NCBI GenBank assembly: GCA_965226805.1
Contig: CBDDDW010000028.1
Span: 398,109 to 462,108, forward strand
Origin: Dehalococcoidia bacterium
GTDB taxonomy: Bacteria > Chloroflexota > Dehalococcoidia > Lucifugimonadales > JAGWBF01
Length of the DNA: 64,000 nucleotides
Direction: 5' to 3'
Positions 19,947 through 28,711 of this stretch are shown here, one piece after another. Made by a program: the position numbers and the translations under genes. Below the pieces are notes generated by a model. The model searched no databases, was not told where the DNA came from, and saw only the letters and a program-made list of their open reading frames with translations. The stretch's first letter is position 1. Every line of letters begins with the position of its first letter.

Positions 19947-19967
19947 CCGTAGATTTCTAATTCGATA

Positions 19968-20055
19968 TGGTGGAGGGGGTAGGATTCGAACCTACGAAGC
20001 CCTTCCGAGCGCCAGATTTACAGTCTGGTGGTTTAAACCACTCACCCACCCCTCC
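19968..20055 (-). tRNA. tRNA-Tyr (anticodon GUA), type II with a long variable arm, CCA encoded
   Basis: Acceptor GGAGGGG/CCCCTCC, anticodon arm CCAGA-CTGTAAA-TCTGG, long variable arm, T-loop TTCGAAT. Confidence 0.9.
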
Positions 20056-20146
20056 GGGCCCGTTTCAGTGTAACACACTCCGTAGCTGGAGCCAATATCC
20101 GACCCATTCGGATATCGCAGAAAATGGCTTCCTGACGGGCCCAGAT

Positions 20147-20219
20147 AGCCCCAGAGGGGACTCGAACCCACCAACCTACCGATTACAAATCGGTTGCGCT
20201 ACCATTGCGCCACTGGGGC
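20147..20219 (-). tRNA. tRNA-Thr (anticodon UGU), no encoded CCA
   Basis: Acceptor GCCCCAG/CTGGGGC, anticodon arm ACCGA-TTTGTAA-TCGGT, T-loop TTCGAGT. By hand the T-stem has one U-C mismatch and the variable region looks 6 nt long. Confidence 0.8.
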
Positions 20220-20300
20220 GTCTTACGTCGCCTGTTTCTACTCTATACCACAACGTGGCCCCGTCGCAAAGGGGCCACGCTCTCTACCACTCGATCAGTA

Positions 20301-20329
20301 AGTATATGAAGAGCATGTAAAAAAGTCAA
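20301..20329 (-). promoter_or_regulatory. sigma70-like promoter candidate for the tRNA(Thr-Tyr-Thr)-tuf transcription unit
   Basis: The minus strand reads TTGACT, a 17-nt spacer, then TATACT. Confidence 0.5.
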
Positions 20330-20417
20330 TACAAATGAGCGTGAGATGCCGTGAGCGTAGGCCCCCTAAACGCCTTCTTCAGACATATTGAATCCCGGTT
20401 CGTTGCTACAAAGTTGC

Positions 20418-20447
20418 TTGACATGCTTGCATAGGACGTGTTAAGTT
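20418..20447 (+). promoter_or_regulatory. sigma70-like promoter candidate for the ilvB T-box leader
   Basis: TTGACA (20418-20423), then a 17-nt spacer to TTAAGT or an 18-nt spacer to TAAGTT. Confidence 0.45.
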
Positions 20448-20458
20448 AAGTTGTTAAA

Positions 20459-20742
20459 GGCTGCGATGGAGACGAGTAGGCGGGCTTAGGCGCCTAGCGA
20501 GTCTGGAATGGTGTGAGCAGACACGCCGAACCCGGTGAAGATCCCTCCGGAGCTGTCAGCCGAACCCCTGGATGTGGCGAACCTCAGACGGGGCAGTAGG
20601 TTGGGCCGGGCTCATCGCCCGTTACCAACGATGGGGCATGTTAGTGCCCTGCTTGAGAGGCCTCTCGATATGTGAGGGGAATTAGGGTGGTACCGCGGGA
20701 ACGTTATAATCCCGTCCCTAAATGGGGACGGGATTATTTTTT
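20459..20742 (+). promoter_or_regulatory. T-box riboswitch leader upstream of ilvB (specifier not confidently assignable by eye)
   Basis: Stem I carries a GA/K-turn (GCGATGGAGA), an AGTA box, an AG bulge (TAGCGAG) and a distal loop (GAATGGTGTGAG). The canonical T-box sequence AATTAGGGTGGTACCGCG is at 20680-20697, followed by a terminator. Confidence 0.8.
20708..20742 (+). terminator. intrinsic terminator of the ilvB T-box leader
   Basis: AATCCCGTCCC-taaat-GGGGACGGGATT followed by ATTTTTT. Confidence 0.75.
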
Positions 20743-20811
20743 GCCCCGCGGCGCACCTGGGTTTCCGGAATAGGGTCTCCCGCAGGGAAATAAGTTAGGT
20801 TTCTGGAGGCC

Positions 20812-22512
20812 GTGATGAAACTCAACGGTGCAGACATTATCTGTGAGGCCCTTCTACGTGAAGGCGTGGACGTGGTCTTTGGCCACCCTGGGGGCGCCAT
20901 ATTGCCTCTCTATAACGCGCTTCATAAATACTCTCAAATACGCCACGTCCTGGTTCGTCACGAACAGTGTGCTGCTCATGGAGCCGATGGTTACGCTCGG
21001 GCCACCGGTAAGGTAGGGGTCTGTATAGCCACGTCAGGCCCTGGGGCGACTAACCTTATTACAGGGATCATGGGGGCCAAGGCCGACTCGGTGCCAATGG
21101 TAGCGATCACCGGACAGGTCAGTCGCTCTGCCATGGGTACGGAGGCTTTCCAGGAAGCCGATACCTGCGCCATGACGGCTCCCTGTACCAAGAAAAACTA
21201 CCTGGTCATGTCAGCCGACGACCTGGCGCCCACGATATACGAGGCATTCCGGCTGGCCCAGGATGGCCGTCCCGGTCCTACGCTGGTAGATGTCCCAAGG
21301 GACGTGCAGCAGGAGATAGCAGAGTTCAATTATTTGGAGGTTCCCCAGGCGACTCAGCCAAGACTCCTTGCGGAGACCGCGGCTGACTTGCCCAAGGCAG
21401 CTGGACTAATCAACCGAGCAGAAAGGCCCCTTATCATCGCAGGTCACGGAGTCCTGGCGTCCCATGCCTCGGATGATCTCAGGACGCTGTCGGAGAAGAC
21501 GGGGATACCTGTCATCAATACCCTCTTGGGGCTCAGCTCCTTTCCTAGGAATCATCCTCTCAGCCTTGGTATGCTCGGCATGCACGGTATGTACTGGGCC
21601 AACATAGCGGTGCAAAACTCGGACTTGATTATCGGGCTGGGTATGCGTTTCGATGACCGCATCACTGGACGGCCTGGAAGCTTCGCCCCCAACGCTGAGA
21701 TCGTTCACGTGGACATCGAGGCCTCTCAGATCGGTCGCAATATCCCAACGGGGGTTGGACTTGTGGGCGATCTGAAACCGGTCCTTAAGGCGCTGTTGCC
21801 GCTGGTTCACCACGTGGAGAGGCCCGGATGGTTGGAGCAGATAGACGTGCTGAGGAGGGAGCACCCGTCCCTAGAGATACCCCAGGGAACGGGCCTGCTC
21901 GCACAACATGTCCTTGAGGACTTGAACCGGCTGATCCAGGAAGGGGATGAGGTAATCGCGGTAACCGGCGTGGGCCAGCACCAGATGTGGGCCGCCCAGT
22001 ACCTTTTCTTTGATAGGGCCAACTCATTCATATCCTCTGGGGGTCTTGGGGCCATGGGGTATGAGATTCCAGCGGCCATGGGAGCGCAGATCGGCCGTCC
22101 GGAAGCTACCGTGTGGAGCATCGCGGGGGACGGGGGTTTTCAGATGACCCTTCAGGACCTGGCCACCATAGTCGAAGAGAAGCTACCGGTTAAGATCGCC
22201 CTGTTCAATAACGGGAACTTGGGTATGGTGCGGCAATGGCAGGAGCTTTTCTACGAGAAGCACTACAAGGCAATACCGATTCCGGGTCCGGATTACGTGA
22301 AATTGGCCGATGCCTATGGTTTCCCGGCCTTAAGGGTCACCACGAAAGAGGGGGTTATGCCAGCCCTGCGGGCTGCACAACAGCACCAGGGCCCATTTCT
22401 CATAGACTTCGTCCTCGACCCCCAAGAGAACGTCTATCCAATGGTGCCTACTGGAGCCTCGCTGGGCGAAACCGTGGAGGACCCTAGGATAAGGGTCGGC
22501 CCGAGGAGCTAA
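20812..22512 (+). CDS. ilvB: acetolactate synthase (acetohydroxyacid synthase) large subunit, biosynthetic type
   Basis: A ThDP enzyme: ..GADIICEALLREGVDVVFGHPGGAILPLYNAL..HEQCAAHGADGYARATGKVGVC..GLGAMGYEIPAAMGAQ..GDGGFQMT.. Confidence 0.9.
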   Translation: MMKLNGADIICEALLREGVDVVFGHPGGAILPLYNALHKYSQIRHVLVRHEQCAAHGADGYARATGKVGVCIATSGPGATNLITGIMGAKADSVPMVAITGQVSRSAMGTEAFQEADTCAMTAPCTKKNYLVMSADDLAPTIYEAFRLAQDGRPGPTLVDVPRDVQQEIAEFNYLEVPQATQPRLLAETAADLPKAAGLINRAERPLIIAGHGVLASHASDDLRTLSEKTGIPVINTLLGLSSFPRNHPLSLGMLGMHGMYWANIAVQNSDLIIGLGMRFDDRITGRPGSFAPNAEIVHVDIEASQIGRNIPTGVGLVGDLKPVLKALLPLVHHVERPGWLEQIDVLRREHPSLEIPQGTGLLAQHVLEDLNRLIQEGDEVIAVTGVGQHQMWAAQYLFFDRANSFISSGGLGAMGYEIPAAMGAQIGRPEATVWSIAGDGGFQMTLQDLATIVEEKLPVKIALFNNGNLGMVRQWQELFYEKHYKAIPIPGPDYVKLADAYGFPALRVTTKEGVMPALRAAQQHQGPFLIDFVLDPQENVYPMVPTGASLGETVEDPRIRVGPRS

Positions 22513-23104
22513 CCCCCAGATACTGACCCGGTAGATATGTCTACCGCGTCCTTGAGATAGGGAGGACACGGCCCCCCGCTAGACGACCCGAAGACCGTCT
22601 AGTGGGATCGCGGCATACCGCCGCGCCGAGTGCTATGACCCCTCCAACTTGCGAGACGACCTACTCCGTTGCACTGACCAGAGGCCCCTCGAATACCCCT
22701 CATTATTATTAACATAGTAAAAATTTGAGTCAAAACAACTCAACATAACATCTCTGCCAAGAACGTATGAGATGCTTTTGATGAGGCAGCCATCCTGCGC
22801 AAGTTGCCCCCTAATTGTCCCCTATTCCACACCTCCCGGCGATTCCATCGTACGCCAGGTTGAAAGCTGTTTAAACAAAAATTGAACAAAAGTTAAGATA
22901 AAGTCATCGAATTTTGCCTTGACAACCTACTCCCTTTTGCCCATTCTTGGGGGGTAATGGTGCGTTCACGTTCTGTTCACATAAAGAGGCGGCGAGCAGA
23001 GGGCGACGGAGAGAAGGGCGTGAGCACTGCCGGCCTAAGAGCGGTTTAATCTTTTTCAATACCGTTCCTCGATTTCGAATGGTAACTGTATCAGGAGGTG
23101 ATGC

Positions 23105-23935
23105 GTGCGGATGTCATCGGTGAGAATACTGAGCGACGGAATCATCAAATTCGATGGCGGAACAATGTTTGGGCAGATACCCAAAGTTCAATGGGAGAAC
23201 CAAGTACCCAACGACAGGCGTAACCGGATCACCCTGGGGCTTAACTGCCTGTTAATTCAAATATGTGGCAAAACTGTGCTGGTCGACGCCGGAGTCGGCT
23301 CAAAAGAGATCAATGGGGAGAAGGAGACCTTCGGTCTGGTTCCCAGCCGGCTCATCAAAGGGCTCAGGAACCTGGGGATTTCACCGAAGGAAATCGATGC
23401 GGTGATCCTTACCCATCTGCATTTCGACCATAGCGGCGGTTGCACCAGGCTCGATCGAATGGGAGATATCGTACCCACATTCCCGAAGGCAAAATATTAC
23501 GTCCAGAAGGAGTGTTGGGAAGACGCCCGTACCCCCAACGAAAGGTGCCAAGAGATACATATGGAAGAGGATTTCTATCCCATTGCGGACTCTGGACAGC
23601 TGGAGCTTCTGGACGGGGACGCGGAGATATTTCCGGGCTTGGCTGTTAGAGTCACCGACGGCCACGCGAAGGGCCATCAGGTGGTCATGATAAACCACGG
23701 CGGGGAGCGAATCGGCTACCTGGGAGACCTGGTGCCGACGCGCCACCACCTGGACCTGGCGACTATTTCAGCATTCGACCAGTTTCCTCATCAGACTCTG
23801 GAGATGAAGAGGGATTTCCTTTCGCAGGCGGAGAAGGAGGGCTGGCTGCTCATCTTCTCCCACGCCAATGATCAAAAAGCGGGCTACCTTGAGCGGAGGA
23901 ACGGAAGCAGCTACCTTCGGCCCGTGGAGATTTAA
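23105..23935 (+). CDS. MBL-fold metallo-hydrolase
   Basis: HxHxDH motif (LTHLHFDHSGG) with later His/Asp ligands (TDGHAKGH, LGD). Confidence 0.8.
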   Translation: MRMSSVRILSDGIIKFDGGTMFGQIPKVQWENQVPNDRRNRITLGLNCLLIQICGKTVLVDAGVGSKEINGEKETFGLVPSRLIKGLRNLGISPKEIDAVILTHLHFDHSGGCTRLDRMGDIVPTFPKAKYYVQKECWEDARTPNERCQEIHMEEDFYPIADSGQLELLDGDAEIFPGLAVRVTDGHAKGHQVVMINHGGERIGYLGDLVPTRHHLDLATISAFDQFPHQTLEMKRDFLSQAEKEGWLLIFSHANDQKAGYLERRNGSSYLRPVEI

Positions 23936-24045
23936 GGTCCGTCCCGCCCAGCGGCGACACGGGTCCGGTTATTGATGTGGATGGGTGGGCCGGTGCCCCG
24001 ATGGATCTCGGGGTGCCAGCCCACCCATCTCTTGTGCAGTCCAAC

Positions 24046-25368
24046 CTACATCGTTTCGACCAGTAGGGATCCCGCTACGTCTTCGATGAGCCTGGCTTTG
24101 GTTATCCAGTTGAGCAGCGGACGCTCGTCCCAGGTGTGTACCTTGAGATAGTTGTCCGTCAAGCCCAGGTGTATCGGACTTTGGTTCCGAATCTCTACCC
24201 TCTCCCATAGCACTTGCCTTACGCTTCCGATGGCCCTCCTGCGAAATTCGGAGGATTGCTTCCGCTCCAAGCGCAACAAACGCTCCATCCGTTTCCTTTT
24301 AACCGCTCCATCGACAGAGGGTCTCATGTACGCCGCGCTGGTGCCCGGTCTCACCGAGTAAGGGAAGACGTGCATCGAGGCGAACTCCATCTTGCTGACC
24401 ATCCCCAAAGTCTCCTGGAATTGCTGGTCCTCCTCTCCAGGGAAGCCCACTATGACATCGGCGGTGATGGACGCGCCGGGTACTCTGGCGCGAATCTTGT
24501 CAACAACTTCCTCGTATCCTGCTGCGGTGTAGCGGCGGCGCATCCTGTTGAGGATTTCGTCGCTGCCACTCTGCAATGGCATGTGAAAGTGGGGGCATAA
24601 TCGGGGGTCTTCCCATAGCTCAAGCAGCTCGGCCGTAATCTCCTGGGGCTGCAGGGAAGACACCCGCAACCTGGGCAACCCTGACTCCCGGAGCAGGAGC
24701 TCCAAAAGGTCTCGCAGATTCACATCCGCAAGCTCGTATCCGTAGGTACCCAGTTGGGTGCCCGTTAGCACCACCTCTTTGTAACCCTCTTCTGCGAGCT
24801 GCTGCAGCTGAGCAACCAGATGTTCTGGAGGTATGCTCCGCTCCCGTCCCCGCATCTTGGGCACGATGCAATAGGCGCAAACCTGATTGCACCCCTCCTG
24901 AATTTTTACCATTGCCCTGGTGCGTGTCGGAATATTGGCTATTGAGAATAGCGGCGGATCTTCCCCGGTGGCGCATGGGGTCACCGGGTCACCCCGCGCC
25001 GACGTCACCATCTCTACCAGCCGGTGCTTATCCGTATTGCCCGCTACGAGGGTGACGCCTTGAACGCGGGCAAGCTCCTTGGAGGCTCGCTGGGCATAGC
25101 AGCCTGTAGCGACCACCATCGATCCCGGATGTTTTCGGTGAGCGGAGCGTAGCGCCTGGCGGGCCTTGCTGTCCGCGACGTGCGTTACTGTGCAGGTGTT
25201 CACGATGTGAATGTCGGCCGGTTCTGCGGGGTCCACTACCCTGTACCCGGCTTGGGCGAACTGGCGGGCCAAAGTCTCACTGTCGGCCTGGTTCAGCTTG
25301 CAGCCATGCGTCCGTATGGCGACCGTGCCCAACTCATCTGGGGTGGCGGCCATATTTCCGGGCGTCAT
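24046..25368 (-). CDS. mtaB: radical SAM methylthiotransferase, MiaB/MtaB family (MtaB-like)
   Basis: N-terminal UPF0004 region (IRTHGCKLNQADSE), the radical SAM motif CNQVCAYC and a C-terminal TRAM-like region. Confidence 0.8.
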   Translation of the reverse strand: MTPGNMAATPDELGTVAIRTHGCKLNQADSETLARQFAQAGYRVVDPAEPADIHIVNTCTVTHVADSKARQALRSAHRKHPGSMVVATGCYAQRASKELARVQGVTLVAGNTDKHRLVEMVTSARGDPVTPCATGEDPPLFSIANIPTRTRAMVKIQEGCNQVCAYCIVPKMRGRERSIPPEHLVAQLQQLAEEGYKEVVLTGTQLGTYGYELADVNLRDLLELLLRESGLPRLRVSSLQPQEITAELLELWEDPRLCPHFHMPLQSGSDEILNRMRRRYTAAGYEEVVDKIRARVPGASITADVIVGFPGEEDQQFQETLGMVSKMEFASMHVFPYSVRPGTSAAYMRPSVDGAVKRKRMERLLRLERKQSSEFRRRAIGSVRQVLWERVEIRNQSPIHLGLTDNYLKVHTWDERPLLNWITKARLIEDVAGSLLVETM

Positions 25369-25745
25369 GACGAAACGCCGCCTCTCGCCAGATCTAGTAA
25401 TTCCCGGACTCCGGGCGCTATATATTCCATGTGCGAGTGCAGCTGTTCCAGAGTGAAACCGTAGCCAGATGAGTCGACGAACAGGAAGCGCGCCACCGGA
25501 TAAACCGCTGAGAACGCAGGTGGATTTGTCCAGCCTGTGGCGAGAGCCTCAGCGTAATTCCAAACATTGGCTTCTGACCTCAGGTTCAAGCCCCTGCTCG
25601 AGGCCACGGCTTTCAGCGCGTCCATCAAGCTGTGCAAGAGATGACGGCCGCTAACTTCCGGCTGTCCCTGCTGGAGGGCTGTCTCTGCGGCTTGGAGAGA
25701 GATGAGGGCGTCGTTGGTATGTTGCTCTACGGTACTGGCCACCAT
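25365..25745 (-). CDS. hypothetical helical protein, translationally coupled to mtaB (ATGA overlap)
   Basis: A 126-aa ORF whose stop overlaps the mtaB start by 4 nt. I recognise no family. Confidence 0.45.
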   Translation of the reverse strand: MVASTVEQHTNDALISLQAAETALQQGQPEVSGRHLLHSLMDALKAVASSRGLNLRSEANVWNYAEALATGWTNPPAFSAVYPVARFLFVDSSGYGFTLEQLHSHMEYIAPGVRELLDLARGGVSS

Positions 25746-25981
25746 CAGTGAAACTCCTGGATACGTAACTCTCGTATTGCCCCGGCTTTCATACCTCCGC
25801 GGCTAGCCGGCTCAATGCCAGAGGACTCGTGTGAGTTGGCCGTTATATTCTAGCGTTAATCGTCGTCCAGTCCAAGGGCTAGGACCGGTGTCTAGGCATA
25901 GTGGGTGGCGGAGGGCAAGGGGTCCATCGGATCGAGCAGAGATACGCGGTAGCTTCCCGTTACGGGCACCAGCCCGAAGTT

Positions 25982-26920
25982 CTAGAAGGGGAATCTGGAG
26001 GGGGATGCGCCTTTTCGATTTCGGGCTGTCTCGCGCCACAACCGGTATCGGTACTTGGTGATTGCTATCAACAGAGCGGTATGAGATTTCAACCCGTGGT
26101 ACTTAGCCTGGAATTTAGCACCTGCCCGGGCCCGCGAGGACCTAGCGGCGGATAAGGCACGCGAGACCGGGGCGTTCGCGCGCAGGAGTCCTTCGTAGAG
26201 TAAGTAAGAGGCCAGAGCGACGGCCCCACCCCCGGCCGCGTCCAAGATGTAGTGGTTGCCGGTTAGAGTGATGGCGAAGAAAGTCACGGTCGGATACAGA
26301 ATTCCAAAGACCTTTAGAGCCTTGTTGCGGGTCCTGAACATCAGTAGACCAAAAAGGATTGTCCAGCCGAAGTGGAGGCTGGGCATCGCGGCGTAGACAT
26401 TGTAATAAATCGCGACGGCCATTTCCCGGCCGCCATACCAGGAGGCGAGGCCCCCTAGGTGTCGAATTGTGTCCACAGATCCGTATTCGGGTAGGAAGCG
26501 CGGAGGCGCCAGCGGAAACCAAGCGAAGAGAATAAGGGCGAATACAAAGCTCAACAGGAACACGTTCCTGTAGTAGATGTATCTGGGCCGGTCTCTCAAG
26601 TAGGCCGCGACCCCAATGACTATCATGATCGGAGCGAAGGTTATAATGTAGGCCCAGTTTAGGAAGACAACCAGCCCCTTCGCATTCTCTAGAGCCCAAC
26701 GCTGCCATTGGGGCTCGGCGAAGATGCCGGTCGCTAATTCGAAGGCGATTAGCTGCCGGGCATGGTCAAAGGCAATGCTCTCAATATCCGAAATGAGGAA
26801 TCTCCGGACGACCATGTAGGTGAAATAGGCGCCCGCGATAATCAGGACCTCACGGACGTGCCTGAGGGCGCTCAACCGGTTGCCCGTGCCCGGCGTTGGA
26901 CTACCCGCCCTAGTGGCCAT
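25982..26920 (-). CDS. PAP2-superfamily (PAP2_3-like) integral membrane phosphatase/phosphotransferase
   Basis: Polytopic protein with PSLH and GNHYILD (the PSGH and HxxxD motifs of PAP2). The start is uncertain. I chose MATRAG at 26920 rather than the track start at 26998 to limit overlap with the upstream gene. Confidence 0.6.
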   Translation of the reverse strand: MATRAGSPTPGTGNRLSALRHVREVLIIAGAYFTYMVVRRFLISDIESIAFDHARQLIAFELATGIFAEPQWQRWALENAKGLVVFLNWAYIITFAPIMIVIGVAAYLRDRPRYIYYRNVFLLSFVFALILFAWFPLAPPRFLPEYGSVDTIRHLGGLASWYGGREMAVAIYYNVYAAMPSLHFGWTILFGLLMFRTRNKALKVFGILYPTVTFFAITLTGNHYILDAAGGGAVALASYLLYEGLLRANAPVSRALSAARSSRARAGAKFQAKYHGLKSHTALLIAITKYRYRLWRETARNRKGASPSRFPF

Positions 26921-28136
26921 CAGCCCTATCACCGGCCCGAGCTTTCGCGGGGGTATCCATTGGCACAGGCTGCCTCGGTTTGTGGCCGTTCTGGGCAATC
27001 GGGATGACCCGGCCGCGGCTTTTCGCAGCCTTACTCCCCAGGTAGACGCTACACTCCAGACAGCCTACGCTGGTCTTTGGTACGTAGCCCTCTTTGAACA
27101 GGCCGCGGGCTGTCTGATAATGGTCGTTGTTCCAGATCTCGCGAATCGACTGAGTACTTACGTTACCAAAGTCATCGGCTGCGTCGGTCAGATAGCAGCA
27201 CGGAGCGTAGCCCCCGTCCCAGTTCACGACGGCGCTACGCCATAGCCGCCAGCAACGAGTACCATCTTCCTCGTAGGGCTTGTCGAAGGGCTGGTCCCTA
27301 CGAAAACCCTCCGTCGCCACGGGGAGCCACCGCTCAGCGACCTCAGGGTCTTGCTCTCCGTGAGGGAAGTCCACCTTCTTGAAGATCACGCCGTCTACAC
27401 CGAGCTCTTTGGCCATCCGTCGGGCCTCCGGAATCTGGTGCTCGTTCTGGCGCATCACGATGTACTGCCATTCGAGATACGGGGTCTTGGACCGCAACTC
27501 ACGTTTCTTCTCGACTAGGAGCTTGATGTTATCCAGGACGCGGTCCAGGTGGCCTGCCACCCGGTACACCTCGTAGACATCCTGAGTCACTCCATCCAAT
27601 GAGATGATAAGTGTGTCGAGGCCGGACCGGATGAGTGACTCGGCCATTTCAGGCGTTAGAGGCTTGTTGAGGTTCGAGCTGATTATGGTCGCCAGGTTCG
27701 CCTCGTGGGCATAAGCCACGTACTTGTCGATCTCTTTGTTAAGGAAGGGCTCGCCCCAGCTATAAAGGCTCAGCCAAATGCAGTGGTCCTTTATCTGGTC
27801 TATGGTCCTCTGGAAGAGACCGAAGTGCATTACACCCTTCTGTCGATTAACTGTCCCCAGTCCTGTATGACAGAGGGGGCATTTAAGCTGGCAGATGTTG
27901 GTCGTATCTATTTCCCACTCGTATGGGTGGCCCGAGCTCTTGGTACGGCCAAGCCTGAGCTCTAATTCGACCCGCACGAAGTTGAACAGCTTCGTCCATG
28001 TCCCGTGGCGTAGCGCGATTCCCAGCCGCTGGCTGGCCCGTCCACCCGCCAAAGCTCCGATGGCTGAACCGTTTACCTGTAGCGTGCTCTCAAGAAGCCA
28101 CAGGAATCTGGCCACAATCGGCACTAGAATGCTCAC
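26910..28136 (-). CDS. radical SAM protein with a C-terminal SPASM-type auxiliary cluster domain; substrate unknown
   Basis: CQLKCPLC (CX3CX2C) near residue 83. The C-terminal Cys-rich region reads CWRLWRS..NWDGGYAPCCY..VGCLECSVY. Confidence 0.85.
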   Translation of the reverse strand: MSILVPIVARFLWLLESTLQVNGSAIGALAGGRASQRLGIALRHGTWTKLFNFVRVELELRLGRTKSSGHPYEWEIDTTNICQLKCPLCHTGLGTVNRQKGVMHFGLFQRTIDQIKDHCIWLSLYSWGEPFLNKEIDKYVAYAHEANLATIISSNLNKPLTPEMAESLIRSGLDTLIISLDGVTQDVYEVYRVAGHLDRVLDNIKLLVEKKRELRSKTPYLEWQYIVMRQNEHQIPEARRMAKELGVDGVIFKKVDFPHGEQDPEVAERWLPVATEGFRRDQPFDKPYEEDGTRCWRLWRSAVVNWDGGYAPCCYLTDAADDFGNVSTQSIREIWNNDHYQTARGLFKEGYVPKTSVGCLECSVYLGSKAAKSRGRVIPIAQNGHKPRQPVPMDTPAKARAGDRADGH

Positions 28137-28200
28137 TTGGCGAGTACCTCTTCTCGAATGATAACACGGTTGTGCGGGTCTAAATCTTCGAGCGGTTCAC

Positions 28201-28229
28201 AGTTTACTCACAAGACCCTACTATGTCAA
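28201..28229 (-). promoter_or_regulatory. sigma70-like promoter candidate for the radical SAM-PAP2 unit
   Basis: The minus strand reads TTGACA, a 17-nt spacer, then TAAACT, about 65 nt upstream of the radical SAM start. Confidence 0.45.
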
Positions 28230-28330
28230 TTGGGGACGGGCTCTGACTTCTCTGATTTTTGACGTGCCATCGCCAATTTACCTTGTAGCTGCGTACGGCT
28301 ATAATGGACCAAACTCGTCGGGGGTATGTA

Positions 28331-28711
28331 ATGGGGTCCAGCGGACTCAAGTTGACCCACATGAACCACGCTCTTACGGTCGTGAAGGACCTGAAACGGG
28401 GAATGGAATTCTACTGCGATTTTCTTGGCTTAAAGCGGATTCAGAGCCAGGTGGACAATCCCAACATCGTGTGGCTTCAGCTACCCAGTGGGGTGATGCT
28501 GCACCTGCTGGAGACCCAGGATGCTCCAGTCCGCCCACCGAATATCCACAACGCTTTCGAGGTAGAGGACTTCGACGCTGCCAGGAAGGCGGTAGAGGAT
28601 AAGGGTCTGGAGGTCGAAGGGCCCGGTGTACGGCATGACGGACAAAGGTACCTGTATATCCGGGACCCCGATGGCAACCGCGTGGAACTTTGCACAGCTT
28701 CGGGATTCTAG
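28331..28711 (+). CDS. VOC (glyoxalase/bleomycin resistance/dioxygenase) family protein
   Basis: ..LKLTHMNHALTVVKDLKRGMEFYCDFLGL.. and ..YIRDPDGNRVEL. The track start at 28304 lies inside a TATAAT-like box, so I prefer the in-frame ATG at 28331. Confidence 0.75.
   Translation: MGSSGLKLTHMNHALTVVKDLKRGMEFYCDFLGLKRIQSQVDNPNIVWLQLPSGVMLHLLETQDAPVRPPNIHNAFEVEDFDAARKAVEDKGLEVEGPGVRHDGQRYLYIRDPDGNRVELCTASGF

Noticed and set aside
20530-20560. An alternative reading of the ilvB T-box specifier as CCC (Pro), from CGCC-GAA-CCC-G.
   Set aside because: That pairing leaves the AGUA box away from the specifier loop. The fold analogous to the trp T-box uses CGGG/CCCG as the upper stem and puts GUGAAGAUCC in the loop. 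The specifier remains unresolved, so it is reported as a finding rather than a call.
25746-25981. A 236-nt GC-rich gap checked for a known small RNA (SRP RNA, or riboswitch motifs such as cobalamin or TPP).
   Set aside because: I recognised no diagnostic motif. It is most simply the terminator and promoter region between two same-strand units.
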